A stretch of DNA of 58,897 bases from Candidatus Woesearchaeota archaeon (GCA_046543095.1 JBKHAC010000004.1:1-58897), one strand, 5' to 3'. Shown: positions 15,845 through 25,335, numbered from the stretch's first letter. A program made the numbers and translations. Notes: a model not told the origin generated them from the letters alone.

Positions 15845-18592
15845 ATGAAAAAAACAATAATAAATTTTAATTTACATCAACCATTGAGGTTGAGTCCCGA
15901 CAGAACTTCGTTTTTATGGGATAGTAAAAATAAAAAACAATTTTTAGATTCAAGTAAAAAGTTTTATGAGCCAACCCTCGATTTTTTGGGGAATTTGCTT
16001 TCAAAAGAATCTAGTTTTAAATTTAATTTAGGTATGTCTGGGACTTTTATTGAGCAAGCCAAAGAATATTCGCCTAATTTGTTGAATAGTTTAAAAGATG
16101 TTGTAGTTCAAGGTAATGGTTCAAATCAATTAGAGCTTTTAGGTGAAACTTACTATGATTCTGTCGCTGAGTTTTTTAAAAACCCCTCTGAATTTAATAG
16201 GCAAGTATCTAAACATAGAGATTTATTAAAACAAGAATTTGATATTACGCCAACCTCCTACAAGCACACAAAGCGTCCTTTTAATAATTTCATTGCAAAT
16301 CAATTAAGGCAAAATAATTTTAGTGTTATGCTCTCAGATATTAGAGATGATTCTTTTAAAAAGTCAGCATATAATTTAAATGGAGATGATAATGGTTTTT
16401 TGATTTTGAAACGTAATGTTGAGTTTAGTCATTTGTTTTCAAGAGGCATGGTTAAAGATCCCGTTAATTATCTTTCAATTCTTCGCGAAGGCGTAGATCC
16501 TATTGTTTTGAGTTATGCCATAGGTCGCGTTGGCAATTCTTCTTTTAATGATTTTTGGTCTAACTTAGTTGAGTCAAGTAAAGGTTATTTAGATTTCAAT
16601 CTTGCGCGCAACATTTATTCTAAACAGGAAATTTCTGGTTTGGATGAAATTAATATTTCAAGAAATCAAGCTTTAAGTAATGGTGATTGGAAAAATGCTA
16701 AGCACATCACTAATGATTTAATTACGACTAAAACTGAGTTCGAATTATTTAAGCAAATTGAGCACTTATTCGAGTTTCCTGCTTCTGCTTTGAGCAGAGA
16801 AGATAAACATAGACGAGATGTTTTGACATCTTATGCTAATTTCAGGTTTTTGAGAGGTGATGATGATTCGCCTGATATTCGCAGTAATCCTTATGGTAAT
16901 GCAATTGATGCTACTTATTTTTTTACGAGGAAAGTTGATGATTTGGAGAATGTTTTAAATAAAAATACAATTAAATTTGAAATTTTAAAAAGACGCAAGA
17001 AAGACATTATTTTAAATGAAAGTCCTGAGTTTGCGAGAATTTCTCCGAGTATTGCGCATCAGGGCGCAGTTCCTATTAATACTTTTGGCGGGATGGCTAT
17101 TGTTGCATCTTCTATAGCAAATTATTTGGCTGAGCAAGGTTTTGATTCTCGTATTTTAACTCTTGATTTAACTCAAAATTATGATGTGCGTGCAAGAGAC
17201 GAGTATCGTCAAAAAATTGCTGCGGATATGAATGTTCATGAAGATAAAATTTATCTTGTTCGCAGTTTTGCATTCGAGTCGATTAAAAATCCTTATGATA
17301 AAGTTCCTAACGAGTTTTTGGCATCTGAGGCTCAAAACTACAAAATGAAATATGTTTTTCCTAAGTTATTGAATGAAAATAGGTCGATCATAGATGTCTA
17401 TCATGATCAAATTTTTGGTGGTGTTAGTAGCGCGGAGTTTAAACAAATAAAGTTAAGTCTAAAAAAACTAAAAGATCCCCGAATACTAAAAAATGTTCAG
17501 TATTCACACAACATTCACGATGTGCTTTTAAACATCGAAGACTTCAAGGATTTGCCTGAAGAAACTAAGCAAAATCACTTATTTTATTCGAATGGTAAAA
17601 TCGCGTCGCTTCTAACTGGTATTAAAAATGCTGATGGTGTTTTCATGGTGTCTGAGCAGTGGCTTCGTGAAGTTAAGGAAAGGTATTTTCCCAATAGGGT
17701 TCCTGAGGATTTTGCTCGCGAGATAGATATTCAAGCGTCTTTTGGTAAGGTTTATGCTTTTTTGAATGGTCTTCCGCGTGATAGGTATCCTGAGTTTGCT
17801 GAGAGTTTGAAGCATCCTGATTTGTATTTCAAGAATGCTGATAAAAAGACGTTATCTTTGATTAATTCGTTTGGTCCCGATAGCAACATATTAGAAGCTA
17901 AGTTAAAAAATAAGTCGGCATTTCAAAGGCTTGTTGGGTTAAATGAGGATCCTAATGCGTTGCTTGCTGTTTATAGTGGGCGTTTTGATTTTTATCAAAA
18001 GCAGTGCCACATTTTAACTGAAATAATACCTCATCTTCAAAATAATTTAAAAGAGCAAGGAATTAATATGCAATTTGCATATATTAGTAATCCTGTTGAG
18101 GATATTGATGTTCTTAGTGCATATCGTGCTGTTGGCGGGCAAACTATGAATTCTAACGGCTCTATTTCTTTGAGTCCTTTCACATTAGAACTTGAGCTTT
18201 TAGGTAATGCTGGCGCTGATGTTGCTGTTGGTACTAGTTATATTGAGATGTGTGGTTTAAATGATGCTCTTGCTCTAATGCACGGAGCAATTCCTGCATT
18301 TACTGCAACTGGGGGCATAATCGATAAGTTAATTAATTATTCTGTTGCAGGTTTTAAAGGTGATTATAGTACTCACGGTAATGGCGTTTTGTTTAACTCT
18401 GATCACGATAGTATTTGGCATGGTTTAAAGCGCGCATTTGAGCTTGCTGATTATTTGCAAAAAAGACCTGAATTAAATAGAGAGCTTATGTATACGCGAA
18501 TGGTTGATGCTCGCGACAAATTATCTGTTGATAGGCAAGGCGAGTTGTTTGTTAAATATTTATCTGATATTATGGGTAGACAGTTACAGTGA
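15845..18592 (+). CDS. Fusion protein: N-terminal GH57-like domain plus C-terminal glycogen-synthase-like GT-B glycosyltransferase domain
   Basis: N-terminus has INFNLHQP and LELLGETYYDS (GH57-like). The C-terminal half has FGGMAIVASSIANYLAEQGFDSRILT and SYIEMCGLNDALALMHGAIPAFTATGGIIDKL (GT5-like E-x-CGL / GG motifs). Confidence 0.6.
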   Translation: MKKTIINFNLHQPLRLSPDRTSFLWDSKNKKQFLDSSKKFYEPTLDFLGNLLSKESSFKFNLGMSGTFIEQAKEYSPNLLNSLKDVVVQGNGSNQLELLGETYYDSVAEFFKNPSEFNRQVSKHRDLLKQEFDITPTSYKHTKRPFNNFIANQLRQNNFSVMLSDIRDDSFKKSAYNLNGDDNGFLILKRNVEFSHLFSRGMVKDPVNYLSILREGVDPIVLSYAIGRVGNSSFNDFWSNLVESSKGYLDFNLARNIYSKQEISGLDEINISRNQALSNGDWKNAKHITNDLITTKTEFELFKQIEHLFEFPASALSREDKHRRDVLTSYANFRFLRGDDDSPDIRSNPYGNAIDATYFFTRKVDDLENVLNKNTIKFEILKRRKKDIILNESPEFARISPSIAHQGAVPINTFGGMAIVASSIANYLAEQGFDSRILTLDLTQNYDVRARDEYRQKIAADMNVHEDKIYLVRSFAFESIKNPYDKVPNEFLASEAQNYKMKYVFPKLLNENRSIIDVYHDQIFGGVSSAEFKQIKLSLKKLKDPRILKNVQYSHNIHDVLLNIEDFKDLPEETKQNHLFYSNGKIASLLTGIKNADGVFMVSEQWLREVKERYFPNRVPEDFAREIDIQASFGKVYAFLNGLPRDRYPEFAESLKHPDLYFKNADKKTLSLINSFGPDSNILEAKLKNKSAFQRLVGLNEDPNALLAVYSGRFDFYQKQCHILTEIIPHLQNNLKEQGINMQFAYISNPVEDIDVLSAYRAVGGQTMNSNGSISLSPFTLELELLGNAGADVAVGTSYIEMCGLNDALALMHGAIPAFTATGGIIDKLINYSVAGFKGDYSTHGNGVLFNSDHDSIWHGLKRAFELADYLQKRPELNRELMYTRMVDARDKLSVDRQGELFVKYLSDIMGRQLQ

Positions 18593-18682
18593 ATAAAACC
18601 CACAACATCAATCAAATTTAATAATCACCGAATAATAGTAAAAAAAGAAAAGTTTTTAAATGAATTTCGATTAACCAATACT

Positions 18683-19279
18683 ATGAGTAATGTCATTAAT
18701 TTAGATTCTATTTTAGTAAAAGATTATGATTTTGCTAAAGAAAAGCTTGGACAGTTCGATGTAATTAAAAATTTGTCAATCGGTGATGTAATTAGAAAAG
18801 GTCATGGTCTCAGTTATACACTTGATTCTTCCTCATTTGTAAATACACTTCAAGTAAAAGGCAGTAAATTAGATTTTGAAAAAGTTTACAAAGCATTTTC
18901 AGGAGGTATGCTTGAAGTTAAAAATTTATTTAAAGACAAGAGAACAGTTCCTTTTAGCGAAGCAATTAATAAATGTATCGGAGAGTGTCTTGAAAAAAGT
19001 ATTATGACTTATTTGCTTTTAGATAATGTTGTTGGTATCGAGGAAAATATGATTGTTAATGGAAGTTTAAGTGCTGTAGGCTCAGGCAAGGTAGGTCAGC
19101 ATTCATTTAATGTTACAAAAGTTAAAGATTCTTGGTATTTGATTGATAGTCATAATCCTTTGCAAGTAGAACCTTTTGTTCCGTTTTATAACGTTGTTCA
19201 AGGGATTAAAATAAACCCAGGTTTACCTTTTGTTTTTGATGAATCTGTTAATACTAACAGAAATTATTATTTGAAATAA
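18683..19279 (+). CDS. Hypothetical protein with possible transglutaminase-like Cys-His-Asp core
   Basis: CIGECLEKS ... GQHSFNVTKVKDSWYLIDSHNP mimics the C..H..W..D pattern of transglutaminase-like cysteine peptidases. Weak. Confidence 0.5.
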   Translation: MSNVINLDSILVKDYDFAKEKLGQFDVIKNLSIGDVIRKGHGLSYTLDSSSFVNTLQVKGSKLDFEKVYKAFSGGMLEVKNLFKDKRTVPFSEAINKCIGECLEKSIMTYLLLDNVVGIEENMIVNGSLSAVGSGKVGQHSFNVTKVKDSWYLIDSHNPLQVEPFVPFYNVVQGIKINPGLPFVFDESVNTNRNYYLK

Positions 19280-19311
19280 AATTTCTACGTGTTTTTTAAT
19301 TCATTATGTTC

Positions 19312-19482
19312 TTATTTTTTCTTGTAAATTTGAGCAATAACTAGTGGAAATAAGACTAGTATAATTAGCAAGATTAACGGCACCAATATATGAATATATT
19401 GATTTGTTAAATTATTTTGGTTTAAATTATTTTGGTTTAAATAATAAATAAATATGGCACACATAATAAAAATGCTCACCAT
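19312..19482 (-). CDS. Possible small membrane protein (below the ORF-track threshold)
   Basis: ATG-initiated ORF MVSIFIMCAIFIYLNQNNLNQNNL..ILVPLILLIILVLFPLVIAQIYKKK with two hydrophobic segments. The NQNNL duplication corresponds to the 15-bp tandem repeat. Confidence 0.3.
   Translation of the reverse strand: MVSIFIMCAIFIYYLNQNNLNQNNLTNQYIHILVPLILLIILVLFPLVIAQIYKKK
19409..19438. repeat. 2 x 15-bp tandem repeat
   Basis: AAATTATTTTGGTTT appears twice in direct succession. Confidence 0.8.
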
Positions 19483-19551
19483 AATGGTCGTTATTCTAGG
19501 CGATATTTTTAGATGTTCATCGTTTTTTTAAGTTGAATCTTAACACAATCA

Positions 19552-19578
19552 TTGTATTTATTGTATTTATTGTATTTA
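19552..19578. repeat. 3 x 9-bp tandem repeat
   Basis: TTGTATTTA appears three times in direct succession. Confidence 0.8.
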
Positions 19579-19677
19579 TTGGAAAAATGTTTTTTAGTTT
19601 TTTGTTTTTAGAAAATATTGATAATAAACCTATTATCATCAAGTAACTTGACAATAAAAATAAAGAAATTAGGACAT

Positions 19678-20709
19678 TCATTTTTCAGAGTATGCCGCGT
19701 TGATTAATTCTTGGTTTTCTTCAAGTACTGATCTTATTGGCGCGATGAGTTTTATCATTTCATCTGCGATGCCTTGTTTGAGATCTATCGAAGATAGTTT
19801 CTTTTCTGCAAAATCGCGTTCGACATCGTTGTATTTTTCATAGGTTATTTTTCCGCCGTACTCATCAGGCCTGTTTATCTCGAATGGTCTTTTTTCTTGT
19901 TCGAGGAATTTGAATAAGACATATTTAGTTAATGCAAGTAGCCCATTTCCTTCAATAACGCCGTCTACTGAGTATGCTTTGTTTATTTTTTTTCTTATTT
20001 GTTTGTCTGTATCCTCAAAATCTATTTTCGAATTTGGTTCACTGCTACTCATTTTTCCGCTCTCACCTAGACCTGGTACAAGTGGGTTCATTAAGTGTAT
20101 TCTTTTGTTGTATCCTATTTTTGGCAAGAATTCTCGTGCGAGCATGAATATTTTTCTTTGGTCGACTCCGCCAAATTGCGCGTCAACTTCAAGGTATTCT
20201 TCATCTAGTGCTTGGAGTATTGGGTATAGTAGTCCTGACATTTTTGGGTTGTCTGTTTGTTTGACGACGTCAGCGCCAGCTCTTTGTGTGTCTCTCGTAG
20301 TAGTTAGTGCTGATAATTTATACATGTCAAGAGTGTATTTTTCTTGTAGTTGGAAGTCTGTTCCCCTGATAAATTTTAATTTATTAAGTGGCGCGCCTAC
20401 TATTTTTAGCATTTCTCTTATTAATAATTCGTAGAATTCTGTTCTTTTTTCAAGTAAGTCCCAAGATGTTTTCATATTATCTAAGTATGCATGCATATTT
20501 GCAAATAATATTGTAACCTCACATTCTGCTTTGAGAAGGTCTGCTATTTTGAACATAGGGACGAAATATCCTGCGTGTGGTTTTCCTGTTGGTGCTGTAC
20601 CCCAGTATATTTTGAGGTTTCGCCCGGCGAGTATTTCGAGGATTTTTTCTTCGCCAACTACTTCTTGTAAGTCTCTTATTATTAGTTCTTTTTTTTCTTG
20701 CGGCGTCAT
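19678..20709 (-). CDS. tyrS: Tyrosyl-tRNA synthetase, archaeal/eukaryal type
   Basis: Class I HIGH-like TAPTGKPHAGY and KMSKS-like GKMSSS. About 340 aa with no bacterial C-terminal S4-like domain. Confidence 0.92.
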   Translation of the reverse strand: MTPQEKKELIIRDLQEVVGEEKILEILAGRNLKIYWGTAPTGKPHAGYFVPMFKIADLLKAECEVTILFANMHAYLDNMKTSWDLLEKRTEFYELLIREMLKIVGAPLNKLKFIRGTDFQLQEKYTLDMYKLSALTTTRDTQRAGADVVKQTDNPKMSGLLYPILQALDEEYLEVDAQFGGVDQRKIFMLAREFLPKIGYNKRIHLMNPLVPGLGESGKMSSSEPNSKIDFEDTDKQIRKKINKAYSVDGVIEGNGLLALTKYVLFKFLEQEKRPFEINRPDEYGGKITYEKYNDVERDFAEKKLSSIDLKQGIADEMIKLIAPIRSVLEENQELINAAYSEK

Positions 20710-20746
20710 TTTAGTAATTGTAAAGTGTTTTCCTTTATATTTTTAT

Positions 20747-21250
20747 TTATATTGTGGTTAGTTCATATTGTTGTTTTTCGCGTTTAGATTCTATTTCCCA
20801 GTGTTTGTTTATTTTTTCTTTAAATTCTATAAGTCTTGTTTTATTTTGTTGCCATAACTTTAGTGAGTCGTCAAAAAATTGTCCTTCTTCGATTTTGTTT
20901 TTTGTAAGTCCAATAACGCTATTTTTTGATACATGTGCCATAAATTGTTTCATCATTTGCATCATTTCATTTTTTTCTTTTTCTGTAAATATTTTACTCT
21001 CCTCGACATTTATCATTGATGAGGGATTTGGCATTATAATTGAGTGCATAAAATTTATCCATGAGCTGTATGTTTCAACCATTCTTCCGCATAGTGTTCT
21101 TGATAGTTGTGGACTCATATAATTTACGTGAAGAATGTAGTCTGTATAATAGAATATTTCATCAAGTTCTTCTAGTGTTGCTTTAAATTTTAATTCTTTT
21201 TTTATTTTTTCAAATTCTTGTTTGAATTCTTGTCTTAATATATTCGTCAT
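20747..21250 (-). CDS. Hypothetical protein
   Basis: 167-aa ORF with no motif. Confidence 0.5.
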   Translation of the reverse strand: MTNILRQEFKQEFEKIKKELKFKATLEELDEIFYYTDYILHVNYMSPQLSRTLCGRMVETYSSWINFMHSIIMPNPSSMINVEESKIFTEKEKNEMMQMMKQFMAHVSKNSVIGLTKNKIEEGQFFDDSLKLWQQNKTRLIEFKEKINKHWEIESKREKQQYELTTI

Positions 21251-21273
21251 ATTATCAATTTATATTTCTTTAT

Positions 21274-21618
21274 TTAAAAATCTTTGTTGTAGCCTGTAAA
21301 TATGAATCCTTGGTAGAATTCGTTTATTTCTTGTATTTTTTCATGTTTTTCAGGTATTAATTCATACTGTTCAGCGCAGATTAATTCTTCTATTTGTTTT
21401 TCTTGTTCGAGTATTTCTATGAAATAATTTTGGATGAATGCTGTAAATCTTAGAGAATCAAGTGTTGAGTTTAATTCTGTTTTTTCGAACAGTTTTTCTT
21501 GTTTGAAGTGTTTTTGTTGTAAATATTCTAAATTGCTCGCATATTGAGTTATTTCATCTAATGTGTTTCTTGAGGGTCGTTTGCATATTCGTATGCTTGG
21601 ATTAGATTTAAAAGTACT
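21274..21618 (-). pseudogene. Start-less open frame (114 sense codons) abutting the upstream ORF; frameshifted or split gene
   Basis: The frame is open from 21618 to the stop at 21274-21276 and has no in-frame ATG, GTG or TTG. It overlaps the last 20 codons of ORF 21558..21917 in the -1 frame. Its E/K/Q-rich composition resembles neighbouring genes. Confidence 0.35.
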
Positions 21619-21917
21619 TCATGTGCGCAGTCTTTGGCATGTTCTTTTATGTTCTTTGCATTTGGAGCGTAATTAATTAGTATGTTATATGCTTCCTCGT
21701 ATTCGCCTTTTCGCTTTAGTTCAGATGCTGCTTTTTCTGCGAGATCTTCTTGATTTTTTATATATTTATTGGGTTTTATGGTTAAATTGTGTGTTTGTGC
21801 AAAAGTTAATGCTTTAGCATATTTTTGTTTTTCTAGAAATTTTGCAAATTCTAATTTTAAGTCCATCTCATCCTCAAAATAATTTTCATCTGTCATTTTC
21901 ATATGTTTAAAACCCAA
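21558..21917 (-). CDS. Hypothetical helical protein (possibly the N-terminal part of a longer frameshifted gene)
   Basis: 119-aa ORF with helical repeat-like composition. Confidence 0.5.
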   Translation of the reverse strand: MGFKHMKMTDENYFEDEMDLKLEFAKFLEKQKYAKALTFAQTHNLTIKPNKYIKNQEDLAEKAASELKRKGEYEEAYNILINYAPNAKNIKEHAKDCAHEVLLNLIQAYEYANDPQETH

Positions 21918-22058
21918 GTTTGTTTTTTATCATTTATTTTATTTAAGTTATTTGTTTCGTAAATCAACAAACATATATAAATTTTACTACTTTTTAGTCA
22001 TACAAAAACTTGTTTTTATTTATTTAGATATGATAAGTTTTTTATATTTTGTTTCTTT

Positions 22059-22520
22059 TTGGCTATTGGTGATTTAATTATGAGTAAACTTACTTTTTCA
22101 AATAGACAAGATTTAGAGATAAAAGCTAAAGAAGATTTGTTAAACACATATGAAACCTTTTCTGAATTGGACATATCATATTCTAAGCCGAACAATTTTA
22201 TTGTAACACTACTTGATTGTAATTCTGGCAAGATTAATTCTGACACTAATTCTTTAATAAATCAAGATTTTGATTTAATTTTAAAACAGAGCAAAGAACC
22301 TTTTTATTTGAAAGATTTCATTGTGAATAAAACTTGGTCTTATGTTAAATTAAAATCTGGCGTAGACAATAACTATATTTTAAGATTTGATTTAACTAGC
22401 GTTGGCTCTAGCTTAAGATCTAATTTTCATGTGGATCCGAGAGATTTTTATGGTCTTAATTTTAGAAAAGATGAGTTGTCCATTAAATTAGAGGATAAAG
22501 TTTTAACTTATTCTAAATAG
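22059..22520 (+). CDS. Hypothetical protein
   Basis: 153-aa ORF with no motif. Confidence 0.5.
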   Translation: MAIGDLIMSKLTFSNRQDLEIKAKEDLLNTYETFSELDISYSKPNNFIVTLLDCNSGKINSDTNSLINQDFDLILKQSKEPFYLKDFIVNKTWSYVKLKSGVDNNYILRFDLTSVGSSLRSNFHVDPRDFYGLNFRKDELSIKLEDKVLTYSK

Positions 22521-22562
22521 TTTTATATAATTCTAGTTATTTTTTATATTTGTATTAATCGT

Positions 22563-22961
22563 ATGGTGTGCCACATGGAAAAATTAGAGACTTTAATTGA
22601 AAACAAATCAAGTATCCGCTTTGATGTTTTTAATAATTACGAAGCAAGACAAGGCATTAAATCGATGATTAAGAATTATTCTAAAATGGAATTGCCGAAA
22701 TTAGAACAAGCAGTTCATAAAAATAAATTTGTTGAATTTTATCTTGTTACAGGGAGCATCCTTGAAAAAAAAGACATCGATCTCGCCATTGAAACATATA
22801 ATAAAGCTTTAAATTTAAACACGCCCACCTCAGGTGCTCTTTTTGAGGTTTCTAGTTTGAATAGACCTTGTTATGATTTAAGTGTTCGATTTATTGCTGA
22901 AAATAGACTTGCTCGAATAAAAAAAAAGTTTGTTAATAGCAATTTCAAGTATTATGGATAA
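22563..22961 (+). CDS. Hypothetical protein with a TPR-like segment
   Basis: The segment DIDLAIETYNKALNLN is TPR-like. The start may be the internal MEKLE. Confidence 0.5.
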   Translation: MVCHMEKLETLIENKSSIRFDVFNNYEARQGIKSMIKNYSKMELPKLEQAVHKNKFVEFYLVTGSILEKKDIDLAIETYNKALNLNTPTSGALFEVSSLNRPCYDLSVRFIAENRLARIKKKFVNSNFKYYG

Positions 22962-23072
22962 CTACCCAAGTACTTATTTTAACTCATTGTTGTTTTTGTT
23001 TTTTTAATTAAATTATTACATTTGTCCAGTACACATATAAAAATTTATAAGTTCTGATAGGTTTAGAGAATT

Positions 23073-23723
23073 ATGATGAATAAGAAACTTGTTTGTTTTG
23101 ATATGGATGGCGTAATTTTTCGTAAGCGTAATTTTTGGCTTGAGCTTCATAAGATATATGGTACGTTTGATGAGGGTGTGCGTTTAACTGAGAAATATTT
23201 GTATTCTGATTATGATAAGCTTGTTGAGGAAGTTGTAGTTAAACTTTGGTGTAATATGCCTGAGAACAAATATTTGGAGCTTGTTGAAAGTTATGAATAT
23301 TTAGAAGGTGTGCAAGAAATTTTTAGTTTTTTAAAAGAAAATAATTGTTTGTCTGCGATTATTAGCGCATCGAGTATTGATGTCGCGCGCAGGGTTCAAC
23401 GCGATTTCGGTGTTGATTTTTTATTTGCTAATTCTTTAATTTTTGAAGATGGTAAAGTGTCAGGCAAATTTGATTGGCCTGTTGGTGCAGGCAGTGGTGC
23501 TAAAGCAAGAATTATTCGAGATCTTCGTAAAAAATTAAATATTAATTCAGCGGACTTAATTTATGTAGGCGACAGTAAAAATGATGTTGAGGCTTTCAAG
23601 GAGGCTTCGATAAGTATTGCTTTTAATTGTTCTTATAATCCGTTAAAAGAACTTGCATCACACATTGTTGATTCTGATAATTTGAATGATATTTTGCCTA
23701 TTTTAAAAAAGAAATTAGCTTAA
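23073..23723 (+). CDS. HAD-superfamily hydrolase, phosphoserine-phosphatase-like
   Basis: HAD motif I CFDMDGV, motif II ISASS, motif III/IV K..(n)..YVGDSKNDVEAF. Confidence 0.75.
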   Translation: MMNKKLVCFDMDGVIFRKRNFWLELHKIYGTFDEGVRLTEKYLYSDYDKLVEEVVVKLWCNMPENKYLELVESYEYLEGVQEIFSFLKENNCLSAIISASSIDVARRVQRDFGVDFLFANSLIFEDGKVSGKFDWPVGAGSGAKARIIRDLRKKLNINSADLIYVGDSKNDVEAFKEASISIAFNCSYNPLKELASHIVDSDNLNDILPILKKKLA

Positions 23724-23749
23724 TTTTTATATTTTTTATCAATATTTTT

Positions 23750-24103
23750 TTAATTTTTAGTTTTTACACTTAATACTTGGAATGTTTGGTTTCCTAATTT
23801 TTTTTCTAAGTTTTCGAATTGTTCTGATTTGGATGTTGGTTGTATTATTATTCTATCTTCGGGTTGTGCTTTAAAATAAGCCATACCTATGTGATTAGTA
23901 TAATATGTCATTGTATCAAGTTCATTTATATGTGTTATTTTTGCGTTTTCTTGTAGATTAAATTGTTCTTTATCTATCACTATAGTGTAATTTTGCTTTT
24001 CTTTATCATTTTGTATTTCTTGATGTATCGTTGTTGTATTTGAAAACGCACCATGAGGCATTAAACTTGTTAATATGTAAGGCATTATTTTTTTAAAAGT
24101 CAT
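23750..24103 (-). CDS. Hypothetical secreted/membrane-anchored protein
   Basis: 117-aa ORF with a mildly hydrophobic N-terminus and no motif. Confidence 0.45.
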   Translation of the reverse strand: MTFKKIMPYILTSLMPHGAFSNTTTIHQEIQNDKEKQNYTIVIDKEQFNLQENAKITHINELDTMTYYTNHIGMAYFKAQPEDRIIIQPTSKSEQFENLEKKLGNQTFQVLSVKTKN

Positions 24104-24127
24104 AATTTAAATAAATCACACAAATAA

Positions 24128-24179
24128 TATATACTTTTGCCATATAAAGTATATACTTTTACAAATATTTATATACTTT
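24128..24179. promoter_or_regulatory. Three phased direct repeats TATATACTTT in a divergent promoter region
   Basis: Copies start at 24128, 24150 and 24170 (spacing 22 and 20 bp), 18-69 nt upstream of the AbrB-PhoU gene. Confidence 0.45.
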
Positions 24180-24196
24180 GCTTTATTTTTTAGATT

Positions 24197-25069
24197 ATGA
24201 TTTCCAGAAAAATACAACTCATCGGAAATAAATCTTATTCTGTTTCTCTTCCAAAAGACTGGGTCAGACAGCATAATTTAAAAGAAAAAAATATTTTGTT
24301 TATTGAGAGAACAAAGAATGATGATTTAATAATAAAACCTATTCACACGCCAAAGAAAAATAGTTTTAAATTTGACATAGATAAAATAGAAAATATCTCT
24401 GAATTTGTAATGTTTTGTTACATAAAAAATATAAATTATTTTACTTTAATATCTAAAGAATTTTCTTATGAACAAGTATCTAAAATAAGAAAGATTATAA
24501 CTTTTCTGGAAGGCTACGAAATAGTTAATGAAACTAAAACCAGCATAGAAATAGTTTTTTTATTTAAAGAAATAGATATAAAAATAAAAGATATACATAG
24601 AAGAATTGTTTTCATCCTAAAAGTCATGGTGGATGCTTTAGAAAAAAAAGATTATCAAACTTTAGAAGAATCTGAAAAGAATGTAGACAAATTATATCAC
24701 CTATCTAAGCGAATTATTTTTTCTTGTTATAATAATAAACAACTTAGAGAAGAAAATGATATTTCTGGCTGGGAAGATCTATTTTTTATGAAAGATATTT
24801 CTAAAAAGCTTGAAAAAATAGGCGATAATTTATTTGAATACAAAGCTAATATTACTTCTTCGGCTAATCAAATCATTAAAGTCCAATTAGATGTTGTAAA
24901 TAAAATTATTAGCAAGAAAGATCTCAATAACCTTAAGCTTAATTTAAAAAACAAATATAAAAACAGTGTTTCTGAAGAAAATGTTTTGATAAATAAGGTT
25001 AATGAGCGTTGTTTGGATATTTTAGAGAATGCTTTAGCTTTAGAATATAACAAAAAGTATTTTTATTAA
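24197..25069 (+). CDS. AbrB/SpoVT-type DNA-binding domain fused to a PhoU-like domain (archaeal phosphate uptake regulator-like)
   Basis: The N-terminus SYSVSLPKDWVRQHNLKEKNILFIE matches the AbrB swapped-hairpin. The C-terminal helical repeats are PhoU-like. Confidence 0.7.
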   Translation: MISRKIQLIGNKSYSVSLPKDWVRQHNLKEKNILFIERTKNDDLIIKPIHTPKKNSFKFDIDKIENISEFVMFCYIKNINYFTLISKEFSYEQVSKIRKIITFLEGYEIVNETKTSIEIVFLFKEIDIKIKDIHRRIVFILKVMVDALEKKDYQTLEESEKNVDKLYHLSKRIIFSCYNNKQLREENDISGWEDLFFMKDISKKLEKIGDNLFEYKANITSSANQIIKVQLDVVNKIISKKDLNNLKLNLKNKYKNSVSEENVLINKVNERCLDILENALALEYNKKYFY

Positions 25070-25335
25070 ATTGTAAAATTTTTCTTAAGTAGACAAGCCC
25101 TGACCTTAACTGGATAGCTTTAAAATTATTACGATCTGGCTAAAAATAAAAATCTTTGATAGCTTAAAATTTTCAGATATTTATTAAAGTACTCTCAAAT
25201 AATTTAGCAAATCATTGGAAAAATTTGAGGGTGCAGCTCCAATAAAATATTAATTTTTATTTAACTTTTTGTCTAATGATAAAAAGTAAAGAGTCTATCA
25301 TTTTAAATTTAGAGAATTAGCAAGAAACTTCCTCA

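Noticed and set aside
19552-19578. Tandem repeats at 19409-19438, 19552-19578, 15053-15124 and 58097-58126, considered as possible CRISPR-like arrays.
   Set aside because: The units are 9-15 bp and contiguous, with no spacers, so these are simple slippage-type tandem repeats. No cas genes are present in the window.
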